From Deinococcales bacterium (GTDB lineage Bacteria; Deinococcota; Deinococci; Deinococcales; JAAFIG01): 64,000 bases of DNA. The stretch's first letter is position 1. Each line of letters opens with the position of its first letter. The translations under genes were made by a program, and so were the position numbers. Under the pieces are notes generated by a model that saw only the letters and a list, made by a program, of their open reading frames with translations, ran no database searches and was not told where the DNA came from. The stretch spans positions 1-64,000 of the forward strand of contig JAYWGM010000052.1 of the NCBI GenBank assembly GCA_043778225.1. The letters run 5' to 3'. This document shows, in pieces, positions 9,206-18,575 of this stretch.

Positions 9206-10387
9206 ATGCTTCGCGTGAAAAACATTAAAATTGAAAACATCAACGGCATTCGCTCGCTCGAGTTGCCGCTTCATGATGGGATAAACATTATTTGTGGTCC
9301 GAACGGAATTGGGAAAAGTACAATTGTTGAGTGCATTGTTGGTGTTCTTATTCCGATGAATCAACGTCTAACTCGAAATGTAGCAGCCAATTTTGGACAA
9401 ATATTGCTGCAAACTAAAGTAAATGGTCTTGATAGGAACGTACCCGCCCGAATTACATCCTTTGCAGGTGAAATGACTAAATACGGACAATACACTGATT
9501 TTATTAGTGAGGTTATGTATTTTCGACCAAATAGGTTGGTTTTATACCAAATTCTAAGCTCAATCCAGAAGCAAGAGAAAAAACCTTTTCAGAGTGTTGC
9601 AGGTGAATACCAAGGTAGCGGCATAGCTCTCGAGCCATCAAAAAACTGGTTAGCCCATCGGGATTTGTATTCGCATTACCCAGACGGCGACCTGACAGAA
9701 AATAACCGAATCAATCTCGAGGCTGGGAAGAACATTTTCAGTGTTTTAGACGATAAAGTTAAATTCTCGAGAATCAGTAAAAATAATGATGTGATGGTCG
9801 AAACTCCGTCGGGCATTATTCCTATGGAATACCTTTCGAGCGGGTATCAAGCCAGTGTTCTAACACTTCTGGCGATTATTCGGGAACTCGAGGCACGCTC
9901 AGATGGCGACCCTGCTAAAATAACGGACTTTGATGGCGTGGTCATTATTGACGAGATAGATGTGCATTTGCACCCAACTTGGCAAGCTCGGATTCTTGAT
10001 GGCTTACGGGCTTTACTGCCCAAAGCACAAATTATTTTAACCACCCACAGCCCGCATATTATTCAGTCGGCTCGAGCCAACGAAGTTATTCCGCTCGAGG
10101 GTGAAAATGGGCATTTGCGCCAGCGCGAAGTCCAGGTTGGTGCATCTGGTTTTCAGGGCTGGACGGTTGAAGAAATTCTGCGTGATGTGATGGGTTTAAC
10201 CAAGACTCGCCCAGCAGCCTTTACAAATTTATACGAGGCTTTTGATACTGCTGTGCAAAACGATGACCTCGAGACGGCTTCTAGGTTTTATTCTGAACTC
10301 GAGCAGATGCTCCATCCGACTTCTGACTTAAAAACTATTCTGAAGCTGCATTTGGATTCGCTGGGCGGGGTGCTTGAACCCGTATGA
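9206..10387 (+). CDS. Septu PtuA-like ABC/AAA ATPase
   Basis: GPNGIGKST, LSSGYQ, 'IDEIDVHLHPTWQ', 'TTHSPHII'; overlaps the HNH gene. Confidence 0.8.
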   Translation: MLRVKNIKIENINGIRSLELPLHDGINIICGPNGIGKSTIVECIVGVLIPMNQRLTRNVAANFGQILLQTKVNGLDRNVPARITSFAGEMTKYGQYTDFISEVMYFRPNRLVLYQILSSIQKQEKKPFQSVAGEYQGSGIALEPSKNWLAHRDLYSHYPDGDLTENNRINLEAGKNIFSVLDDKVKFSRISKNNDVMVETPSGIIPMEYLSSGYQASVLTLLAIIRELEARSDGDPAKITDFDGVVIIDEIDVHLHPTWQARILDGLRALLPKAQIILTTHSPHIIQSARANEVIPLEGENGHLRQREVQVGASGFQGWTVEEILRDVMGLTKTRPAAFTNLYEAFDTAVQNDDLETASRFYSELEQMLHPTSDLKTILKLHLDSLGGVLEPV

Positions 10388-11154
10388 TTCGTCTGACCTT
10401 GCCCGAAAAACCAGTCGAATTGACAAGCGAGTTAGAAGAAGCCCTGATTGAAGAATTTAGGAGTTCCGAAAAGGCTGTTTGGCACGCCTCATATATTCAA
10501 AAACCACTGCTCGAGATGACCGCCCACAAATGTGCTTATTGCGAACGGCAACTTGGCGAGGGTGTGAACGTCACGCTTGACCATTATGTGCATAAAAACC
10601 AAGCGCCAGAAAAAGTCGTGGCATGGGATAATTTATTGCCGTGTTGCCAAAGTTGTAACAGCAGCAAAGGCACATACAATGTTTTGACCGAACCGTTTTT
10701 TAATCCTGTGGCTGCACATATTCAAGCCCACCTCGAGATGACGGCTGGCGGGATGTTCAAAGGTATTTCGGTAGAAGGAAGGGCTGTTATTGGTCGTATG
10801 GGCTTAAATGCCAGTGACCAGAAAGTGCCACCGCGTTATCGTTTAATCCAAAAAATCACCGAGTTTTTAGAGGACTGTGATGACCTTTGTGAAAAGCTAG
10901 AGCAGCAGAATACGCCTCGAGAACGTACAAAATTACGCAATATAGTAAGGTCTTTACTTCATATGACCCGTCGTCAATCAGAATTTTCGGCAATTGCTGC
11001 CACTATTTTATTGCACGACCCTCGTCTCGAGGAAGCCAAAAATTGTCTCGAGCGGTTAAATGATTGGAATGTAGATTTAAGTCAGATGCTTGTGAACGCC
11101 CAAGAAATTGCTTTGACTTTGCGAATCAAACAAGTACAACCCCACTTTTCCTAG
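10384..11154 (+). CDS. Septu PtuB-like HNH endonuclease
   Basis: 'KCAYCE...LDHYVHK...WDNLLPCCQSCNSSKG'. Confidence 0.8.
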   Translation: MIRLTLPEKPVELTSELEEALIEEFRSSEKAVWHASYIQKPLLEMTAHKCAYCERQLGEGVNVTLDHYVHKNQAPEKVVAWDNLLPCCQSCNSSKGTYNVLTEPFFNPVAAHIQAHLEMTAGGMFKGISVEGRAVIGRMGLNASDQKVPPRYRLIQKITEFLEDCDDLCEKLEQQNTPRERTKLRNIVRSLLHMTRRQSEFSAIAATILLHDPRLEEAKNCLERLNDWNVDLSQMLVNAQEIALTLRIKQVQPHFS

Positions 11155-11181
11155 CCCAAAAGAATTGCTAAGCTATTCGGC

Positions 11182-11952
11182 ATGGATTTACAACTTGCTG
11201 GCAAAGTCGTGATTATTACAGGCGGAAGCGACGGCTTAGGCGCAGCCACAGCCTTGGCGTGCGTTCGAGAAGGTGCAAATGTGGTGATTGCGGCTCGAGG
11301 CTTAGATAAACTGACCAAAACAGCCGCCAGCCTTGGTGGACAAACCTTAGCTGTGCAGACTGATGTCACTAATCCCTCTCACCTCGAGAATTTGGTGGCG
11401 CAGACCGTGGCGCGTTTTGGGCGCATAGATGCAATCGTCAATAACGCTGGTCGGGCGGCGGCTAAGCCCTTTGAAAACATTTCTGACTTCGAGTGGCAAG
11501 AGGATTTAGACATGAAATTTTTTGCAGCAATTCGCCTTTCGCGCTTGGCTGTACCTCACATGAGGGCAGTTGGCGGCGGCAGTATTGTTCATGTGCTGGC
11601 AATTGGCGGCAAAACCCCAGCCGCCAACAGTATGCCAAGCACCGTGTCTCGAGCCGCCGGAATGGCACTGATGAAAGCCATGAGTAAAGACCTTGGCAAG
11701 GATAATATCCGAGTCAATGGGGTGCTGATTGGGCTGGTAGAGTCCGACCAATGGGCGCGACGGGCGGTGCAGAGCAACCAGAGCGTCGAGAGTTTATATG
11801 CCAAATTGCCGCTCGAGTATGGCATTCCAATGGCTCGAGTTGGTAAAGCCGAAGAATTTGCCGATTTTATTGCCTTTTTGGTCAGTGCCAGAGCTGCCTA
11901 CATTTCGGGTTGTGCGATTAACTTTGATGGCGGCATGAGCGCGGCGATGTAA
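11182..11952 (+). CDS. SDR family oxidoreductase
   Basis: TGGSDGLG, NNAG, 'IRVNGV', 'DGG'. Confidence 0.9.
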   Translation: MDLQLAGKVVIITGGSDGLGAATALACVREGANVVIAARGLDKLTKTAASLGGQTLAVQTDVTNPSHLENLVAQTVARFGRIDAIVNNAGRAAAKPFENISDFEWQEDLDMKFFAAIRLSRLAVPHMRAVGGGSIVHVLAIGGKTPAANSMPSTVSRAAGMALMKAMSKDLGKDNIRVNGVLIGLVESDQWARRAVQSNQSVESLYAKLPLEYGIPMARVGKAEEFADFIAFLVSARAAYISGCAINFDGGMSAAM

Positions 11953-11992
11953 AATGAGTTTCGCCTCATGATTGGGAGCATACCCTAATGGC

Positions 11993-13135
11993 ATGGAATC
12001 TTTTGATGTGGCGGTTGTCGGTGCGGGTTTAGCAGGTTTAGAACTGACCAAAGAACTGAGTCAAAAAGGCTTGAGTGTGCTATTGATAGACCGCAAAGCC
12101 GATTTAAGCCAGCATATTCACACCACTGGTATTTTTGTACGAAAAACGCTCGAGGATTTTGAACTGCCGCCAAGCTGCTTAGGCGAGGCAGTACGTCATG
12201 TGCGCCTTCATTCGCCGGCTCGGCAATGCTTGGCGCTTTCGAGTCCACACGACGAATTTCGAGTTGGACGAATGGGCGAACTCTATACCCACCTGCTCGA
12301 GCAGTGCCGTCAATTTGGGGCGGTTTTTTCGGGCAGTACGCACTTTTTAGGCTCGAGTAAATCGAGTTTTGGCAGTGTACTGCACCTCGAGCAAGCTGGA
12401 AAGGCAATGGCAGTTCAGGTGCGCTATCTGGTCGGGGCAGATGGCGCGGTTTCTAAGGTAGCGCAGGACTTAAACCTTGACCAAAACAAGGAATTTATTA
12501 TTGGGGTCGAAGATGTTCTCGAGAATGTGCCGCTACAAGGTCAGCCTTGTTTTGATGTCTACCTCGACCCAAAACTTGCCCCTGGTTATATTGCTTGGGT
12601 GGTTCACGATGGGCAGCACGTGCATTTGGGAACAGGTGGCTATGCCAAATCTTTTGAGCCAGCCAGCGCCCTCGAGACTTTTCGCCAAAGCGTGACCAGC
12701 CAATTTGATTTTTCCAAAGCCAAGTTGCTCGAGCGGCGCGGCGGCAAAATTCCAGTTGGTGGAGTCTTAAAAAACATTGTTAATACTCGTGGTTTGCTGC
12801 TCGGAGACGCGGCTGGCGCAGTTTCGCCACTCACGGCAGGTGGTTTAGACCCCGCAATGCGTTTAGCTCACTTTACCGCCCAGATGCTCGAGCAACACCT
12901 TGGCGGCAATGCTGCCGCGCTAAGTGCCTACAACGGTTCAGCGTGGCGTGCCAGATTTGCTTCGCGTTTGTGGATGCGGCGAATTCTAACGGGTGTCACC
13001 CAGCCGCAGTTGCTCGAGCTTGGTTTTGCGGCACTTCGGCTTGAGCCTTTCAAATCCTTAGCTTGGCACGTGTTTTTCGGGCGCGGTGGCAGTTTTCCTG
13101 AACTCGAGTTGCCCAAGGCTGCCCAGCACGCCTAG
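11993..13135 (+). CDS. FAD-dependent oxidoreductase (geranylgeranyl reductase/FixC-like)
   Basis: 'DVAVVGAGLAG', 'GADG', 'GDAAGAVSPLTAGG'. Confidence 0.85.
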   Translation: MESFDVAVVGAGLAGLELTKELSQKGLSVLLIDRKADLSQHIHTTGIFVRKTLEDFELPPSCLGEAVRHVRLHSPARQCLALSSPHDEFRVGRMGELYTHLLEQCRQFGAVFSGSTHFLGSSKSSFGSVLHLEQAGKAMAVQVRYLVGADGAVSKVAQDLNLDQNKEFIIGVEDVLENVPLQGQPCFDVYLDPKLAPGYIAWVVHDGQHVHLGTGGYAKSFEPASALETFRQSVTSQFDFSKAKLLERRGGKIPVGGVLKNIVNTRGLLLGDAAGAVSPLTAGGLDPAMRLAHFTAQMLEQHLGGNAAALSAYNGSAWRARFASRLWMRRILTGVTQPQLLELGFAALRLEPFKSLAWHVFFGRGGSFPELELPKAAQHA

Positions 13136-13168
13136 CTTTTCTCATTTGTGCCTGTCACAATGATACCA

Positions 13169-14992
13169 ATGATTTTTGTACCGCGCCGTGAAAAACAAAA
13201 ACGCCCACCCGGTAATCCGCTTAGTGGCGTGGCGTTATTCCTGACGGTTTTGCTGGGTTTATACACCGTGCGCTTATACAATTTGCAGGTTTTGGACTAC
13301 CAAAAGTACACCACCATGTCCAAAGATAACCGTTTGCAGCCACGCAGTTTACGGGCAGTGCGCGGCGAGATTCGGGCTTCGGACAACACCATCTTGGTCA
13401 CCAATCGCAATGCAGTCCAGTTGGTCTATAAGGGCGGCGAAGTGCAGCAACTCGAGCGGATTGCACGTTTGGCAGGGCTAACTTTGCCCTTGCCACAGCC
13501 CAAGAGCGGCGAAGCCGAAGTGATTGTCAAAAAAGATGTTCCAGAAGGTAGCATTGTCGCACTCGAGGAATGGTTGGCTGGTCAGCAAGAAGTTCTCGAG
13601 TTGCGCTATCGGGTGCAGCGCGTTTATCCGAGCGGTTTGGTTGGCAATTTATTGGGCTATATGGAACCTGCCAGCGAAGAAGATTTAGCCGATAAAGAAA
13701 AAAACTACGACCTTCAGGATTTGGTGCCACAAAATGGTCTCGAGGCTGGTTTAGAGAATCTTTTGCGTGGACAACATGGCGAAAAACTCGAGGAGGTGGA
13801 TTCTAAAGGGCGGGTGGTGCTGGGCAGGGACCGCATTGTCCGTGAGGCTGAACGAGGCGCAACCGTCACCTTAACGATTATTCCTAAGCTACAACGAGCC
13901 GCCGAAAAAGCGATTTTTGAAGCCAAAGACGAAATCAATCTCTTAAACCGCAAAAATGGTAAACCCTTGATTGAACAGGCTCGAGGCGCAATCGTGGCTT
14001 TGAACCCAAAGACTGGTCAGATTTTGGCTTTAGCCGTTGGTCCAAAATACGATCCCAATTGGTTTTCGACCCAGCCTCGAGACCCCAAAGGAATCGCGGC
14101 GCTTTTGGACACCGAATATAAACCAATGTGGAACAGAGCCGTCAAGCAGTTTGAGCAGGGCAGTGTTTTTAAGCTCGTGACTAACAGTGCCTTGCTCGAG
14201 GCTGGGGCTGGCAATCGGCGTTTTTCTTGTCCGCCTTATATCATGTACGGTGGTCGCCCCAAGTGGAATTGGAATCGTGGGCGCAACATGGGGGCAATGG
14301 ATGCACGGCTGGCGATTGCCAATTCATGTAACACGTGGTACTACCAAGCGGCAATCAATTATCAGGTCGGCTCGATTCGTGGTCCGATTCCATTTGCCGA
14401 GATGTTAGCTCAACGCGCCAAAGATTTTGGTTACGACCAACCAACGGGCATTGAAATTATTGGCGAACAGGTCAGCACAATTCCAAGCCCATCGGTTACA
14501 CAAGCAGCCAACAAGACTTGGTTTCCGGGCGAAAGTCTCAATTTTTCGATTGGTCAAGGCACAATGCGAGCTAACCCGTTGCAGGTGGCGCGGATGTTAG
14601 CCACAATTGTCAACGATGGAAAACGCCCAGAACTCACTGTGGTTAAAGCCATCAATGGTCAAGCCAAAGCCCCCAAACCGATGGTACAAATCTCGGGCAA
14701 ATACTGGGAAACCTTAAAACAAGGAATGCGCTTAACCGTAACCCAAGGCACTGCCAAAGAAGTGCTGCGCGATTTCCCAATTGCCACGGCTGGCAAAACT
14801 GGCACAGCCCAAAATCCCCAAGGCGCACACCAAGACCACGCTTGGTACATGGGCTATGGTCCGGTCGCCGACCCAAATCTGGTGGTTGTGGCATTTTTTG
14901 AAAATGGAGTCGAAGGAAGCGGCATTGCCTTGCCAGCCGTCAGAAAAGTCATGGCGGCTTTTTGGAACATTAAACTCGAGCCAAAGAGATAA
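13169..14992 (+). CDS. mrdA: Penicillin-binding protein 2 (class B)
   Basis: N-terminal TM; SVFK, SCN and KTGT motifs; 'DHAWY'. Start uncertain (13148/13160/13169). Confidence 0.9.
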   Translation: MIFVPRREKQKRPPGNPLSGVALFLTVLLGLYTVRLYNLQVLDYQKYTTMSKDNRLQPRSLRAVRGEIRASDNTILVTNRNAVQLVYKGGEVQQLERIARLAGLTLPLPQPKSGEAEVIVKKDVPEGSIVALEEWLAGQQEVLELRYRVQRVYPSGLVGNLLGYMEPASEEDLADKEKNYDLQDLVPQNGLEAGLENLLRGQHGEKLEEVDSKGRVVLGRDRIVREAERGATVTLTIIPKLQRAAEKAIFEAKDEINLLNRKNGKPLIEQARGAIVALNPKTGQILALAVGPKYDPNWFSTQPRDPKGIAALLDTEYKPMWNRAVKQFEQGSVFKLVTNSALLEAGAGNRRFSCPPYIMYGGRPKWNWNRGRNMGAMDARLAIANSCNTWYYQAAINYQVGSIRGPIPFAEMLAQRAKDFGYDQPTGIEIIGEQVSTIPSPSVTQAANKTWFPGESLNFSIGQGTMRANPLQVARMLATIVNDGKRPELTVVKAINGQAKAPKPMVQISGKYWETLKQGMRLTVTQGTAKEVLRDFPIATAGKTGTAQNPQGAHQDHAWYMGYGPVADPNLVVVAFFENGVEGSGIALPAVRKVMAAFWNIKLEPKR

Positions 14993-15054
14993 AAAAGCTC
15001 ATGATGACGTAAGCATCACACACCAAGCGCTCAACACTTGGTAGACTGCTCTTC

Positions 15055-15084
15055 ATGAACACACCAACTCGAGGGACAAGATGA
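15055..15084 (+). CDS. Putative leaderless 9-aa uORF (MNTPTRGTR) coupled to minC
   Basis: TAGACT (15042-15047)-N7-ATG; its TGA overlaps the minC ATG. Confidence 0.4.
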   Translation: MNTPTRGTR

Positions 15085-15677
15085 AACTGCGCGGTACGGC
15101 TGGGGGCTTAAATTTATTGCTTGAGCCTTTGGATACGCCAGAAACGGTATCAGCAATGCTTGAGACTCGAGCCAATTTACTTGCTGAAAATGTCGAAATC
15201 GAATTGGCTGGAGTGGTTTCAGGGGCAGTTATGGAAACGGTCTGGCAGCATATTCAAAAGGCGGGCGGTCAAGTCTCGAGTTTGCGTCCGCCACGCGATA
15301 CCAATAAAGACAGTCTGGTTTCCTCGAGTAAAACCGAAGTCATACCACGCACCATGCGGGCTGGGGTACGAATCGAAAAAGCTGGTAATGTGATTGTGCT
15401 GGGCGATGTCAACCCGGGCGCAGAACTGGTTGCTGGCGGCGATATTATTGTTTCGGGGACACTGCGCGGGATGGCACACGCTGGGGTTTCGGGGCGTGAA
15501 TCTGCAATTATTTACGCCCAGCACATCGCTGCGCCACAAGTCCGAATTGCTCATGCCATGGCTCGAGCGCCAGAAGGTTCGAGTTTAGCCAGTTTACGCC
15601 CTGCACCTGCTTCGGATGTGGCAGAAATTGCTAGGCTCGAGGCTGGGCAAATTGTGATTGAACCCTACAAACCCTAA
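15081..15677 (+). CDS. minC: Septum site-determining protein MinC
   Basis: 'TMRAG...GNVIVLGDVNPGAELVAGGDIIVSGTLRGMAHAG'. Confidence 0.92.
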   Translation: MKLRGTAGGLNLLLEPLDTPETVSAMLETRANLLAENVEIELAGVVSGAVMETVWQHIQKAGGQVSSLRPPRDTNKDSLVSSSKTEVIPRTMRAGVRIEKAGNVIVLGDVNPGAELVAGGDIIVSGTLRGMAHAGVSGRESAIIYAQHIAAPQVRIAHAMARAPEGSSLASLRPAPASDVAEIARLEAGQIVIEPYKP

Positions 15678-15714
15678 AGTTTAGCTGGGTCTATGCCTTA
15701 TCTCGGGTTAGTCT

Positions 15715-15734
15715 GAAAAACTCATGAGTTTTTC
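15715..15734. promoter_or_regulatory. Perfect 20-bp palindrome (operator or terminator candidate)
   Basis: GAAAAACTCATGAGTTTTTC in the minC-LysM intergenic region. Confidence 0.45.
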
Positions 15735-15905
15735 GTGAGTCAAAATTTGTTTTGGCTGACAATACTTTAAGGATTAGGTTACTAAGATGAGTCTTGGTCA
15801 TTCACTTTTATCATTCAAAATAGCGGTTTTCTCTAGGCTACTCGAAAAAATGTTCTCGAGATAAACGCACACTTTCATCAGTCTAGGCTGATTTTTGAGG
15901 TTGAG

Positions 15906-18023
15906 ATGAAAAAATGGATGGCTGCCCTTCTTGGTTTTATCCTTGCCAGTGGCTTAGCGCTGGCGGCTGTTACGGTGACGGTCAAAGTTGGTGATTCACT
16001 CGGTTCTATTGCTGCCCAACACGGCACGACAGTTGCCGAATTACAGCGCTTAAATGGCATCAGTGGTGTGAATATCCGCGTCGGTCAAGTCCTAAAATTG
16101 CCAAGCAGCAGCGTTGTGACGGTGCGTTCTGGCGATAGCCTCGAGACTTTGGCGGCTCGTTATGGGGTCAGTGTCCAAGCCTTACGAAGTGCCAATAACC
16201 TGACTGGTGACAAAATTCGGGTTGGACAAGAACTGCGGCTACCCAAAACAGCCTCCGTCTCGAGTGTGCCAACCGCCAGTCGCTCAAGTTCGGGCAGTGT
16301 TACCGTGGTTTCGGGGGACAGCCTAGAAAAAATTGCCAAACGCCATGGGGTTAGCATACAAGCCCTGCGGACTGCCAATAAGCTCAGCAATGATTCCATT
16401 CGAATTGGACAAGTGCTTTTATTGCCAAGTCAGACCTCCACTCAAAAGCCCAGCCAACCAGCCGCAACCGCCAAAACTGTGGTTGTCCAAAATGGCGATA
16501 CCCTCGGAGAAATTGCTCAGCGCAACGACACCACGATAGAAGCCTTGCAAGCTGCCAATAACCTTAGTGGCAATTCCATTCGGGTTGGACAAGTTTTGGT
16601 TTTAAGACCAGCCACCAAGCCCAAAGTCTCGAGCCAGACCAAGCCTCAGGTCTCGAGCCAAACCAAGCCCCCAATCTCGAGCATCAGCGTGGTGATTCAA
16701 TCTGGCGATAACCTCGAGAAAATCGCTAAACGCAATAACATCAGTGTTGCTGCCCTAAAAGCCACCAATAATCTGACTTCGGATGCCATTCGGGTTGGCG
16801 ATACCTTACGACTGCCACAAAAACCAGTGGTTGCCAGTGTTAAGCCAACCGCCACCAAGCCTAGAGTCTCGAGCAGTAAGCCAGTTGTTGCAAAACCCAG
16901 CACCACAAAACCCAAAGTCTCGAGCGCCAAACCAGCCACTGCAAAACCCAAAGTCTCGAGCGCCAAACCAACTGCCACAAAACCAACTGCCTCCAAACCC
17001 TCGAGTTCAGTCAAGCCGACCGTCTCGAATAAGCCTGTCGTCTCGAATAAGCCCAAACCATCGAGTCCAGCCGTGGTCAGTACCGCAAAACCCAATACCA
17101 GAATTATTTCACCACCACCCAATCTGCCCACCGCGACAGGTAGAGTTGTGACCGTGACTGCACCAACGGCAGTGGTGGCATCTCCACCCAAGCCAGTTGT
17201 CGCTGCACCTAAGCCAGTGGTGACTGCACCTAAGCCATCGGTTGTTGCATCTAAGCCAGTGGTGGTTGCCGTTGTCAAACCACAGCCTGCCCCTACAGTT
17301 CTTGTCCCCAAACCACAGCCTGCCTCTACAGTTCTTGCCCCTAAACCGCAACCAGCCCCAATCACTGCTAAACCAAGCACCATGCCAAGCACCTTGGGCT
17401 TTAGCGAACCGCTCGAGCTTCCAGTGACCGAAGACAGCCCAATGATAGACCCAGCCCTCGAGTCACCATTTTTTGATGCGACTGCCCCCGAAGGTAAACC
17501 GACTGCGCCAAGCGACCTTGCACCAGAAGACATCGAAATCGAAATCCCAGCCAGCCAAAGTGCGGCTTCGATCAAACCACCAGCCCCAAATGCCCCAAGT
17601 TATAGCCGCACAGAAAAAGTGCTTTGGCCTTTATCCGGCACAATGACCAGCCGTTTTGGTTGGCGCAGCTTGCGCGGTAATCGTTACCATACGGGCATTG
17701 ATTTAGCTGCTCCACGTGGCACTCGAGTCTATGCGGCGTTGTCTGGCAAAGTCGAATTTGCTGGCTGGAACAGCCAAGGTTACGGCTACTTGGTGATTAT
17801 TCGTGGTTGGGACAACCGCCGTTATTATTACGGGCATAACTCGAGGCTCGATGTTAAACGTGGACAATGGGTGCGCCAAGGGCAAGTTATCTCGAGGGTC
17901 GGCAGCACTGGTTTTTCGACTGGACCGCATCTGCATTTTGAAATTCGGGTCGGCAACAGCGCCAGAAATCCACTGGCATATTTACCAAGAAGCCGCCTTG
18001 CTTTGGCATCCTCAAGCCGATGA
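15906..18023 (+). CDS. Secreted 5xLysM + Pro/Lys/Ser linker + M23 peptidase
   Basis: Five 'VxxGDxLxxIA...L...N.L....I.VGQ.L' LysM units; HTGID and HLHFE M23 motifs. Confidence 0.92.
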   Translation: MKKWMAALLGFILASGLALAAVTVTVKVGDSLGSIAAQHGTTVAELQRLNGISGVNIRVGQVLKLPSSSVVTVRSGDSLETLAARYGVSVQALRSANNLTGDKIRVGQELRLPKTASVSSVPTASRSSSGSVTVVSGDSLEKIAKRHGVSIQALRTANKLSNDSIRIGQVLLLPSQTSTQKPSQPAATAKTVVVQNGDTLGEIAQRNDTTIEALQAANNLSGNSIRVGQVLVLRPATKPKVSSQTKPQVSSQTKPPISSISVVIQSGDNLEKIAKRNNISVAALKATNNLTSDAIRVGDTLRLPQKPVVASVKPTATKPRVSSSKPVVAKPSTTKPKVSSAKPATAKPKVSSAKPTATKPTASKPSSSVKPTVSNKPVVSNKPKPSSPAVVSTAKPNTRIISPPPNLPTATGRVVTVTAPTAVVASPPKPVVAAPKPVVTAPKPSVVASKPVVVAVVKPQPAPTVLVPKPQPASTVLAPKPQPAPITAKPSTMPSTLGFSEPLELPVTEDSPMIDPALESPFFDATAPEGKPTAPSDLAPEDIEIEIPASQSAASIKPPAPNAPSYSRTEKVLWPLSGTMTSRFGWRSLRGNRYHTGIDLAAPRGTRVYAALSGKVEFAGWNSQGYGYLVIIRGWDNRRYYYGHNSRLDVKRGQWVRQGQVISRVGSTGFSTGPHLHFEIRVGNSARNPLAYLPRSRLALASSSR

Positions 18024-18062
18024 TGCGCCTACTCGAGCCACGATGATGCGCCTACTCGAGCC
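18018..18062. repeat. Tandem duplication (23-bp period) spanning a stop codon
   Basis: CGATGATGCGCCTACTCGAGCC at 18018-18039 and 18041-18062. Confidence 0.9.
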
Positions 18063-18084
18063 GAAACGGTAGTAAACTGAGTCC

Positions 18085-18507
18085 ATGTCACTTCTCCTCG
18101 AACAGATGTACAAAGAAATTCTGCTCGAGCATCAAAAACGTCCGCGCAACTATGGCAGCCTCGAGCAGAGAACGCACACCGCCAAAGGGCATAATCCTTC
18201 GTGTGGCGATGAATTGACTCTGGATTTACAACTCGAGCATGACCAGATTATAAGTCTGCGATTCGCTGGGCGTGGTTGTACCATTTCACAAGCCAGTGCC
18301 AGTTTGCTGACGGTGGCAATAACAGGAAAAACCATTGCCGAAGCCCAAGCGATTGCCACCGCTTTTGGCATCATGATTCGCACAGGTCAGACCGACTCGA
18401 GTTTGGGCGATTTGAATGCACTGGTTGGTGTCGCAAAATTGCACACCCGAGTCAAGTGTGCCACCTTGGCTTGGCAAACTTTAGAATTGGCGCTTTCAAC
18501 AGATTAA
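18085..18507 (+). CDS. sufU: SufU/NifU-like Fe-S assembly sulfur-transfer protein
   Basis: 'GHNPSCGD', 'GCTISQAS', 'RVKCATLAW'. Confidence 0.9.
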   Translation: MSLLLEQMYKEILLEHQKRPRNYGSLEQRTHTAKGHNPSCGDELTLDLQLEHDQIISLRFAGRGCTISQASASLLTVAITGKTIAEAQAIATAFGIMIRTGQTDSSLGDLNALVGVAKLHTRVKCATLAWQTLELALSTD

Positions 18508-18575
18508 GGTGGGCGCGTTCATTTTCTGGTCTCGAGGCACAGACGAATATCTGGGTCTCGCGTTAGACTCGAGTC

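Noticed and set aside
9157..11181. Retron associated with the PtuAB-like pair
   Set aside because: No reverse transcriptase nearby and no room for an msr-msd ncRNA.
16697..17575. 292-aa antisense ORF
   Set aside because: Shadow of the low-complexity Pro/Lys/Val linker of the LysM-M23 gene.
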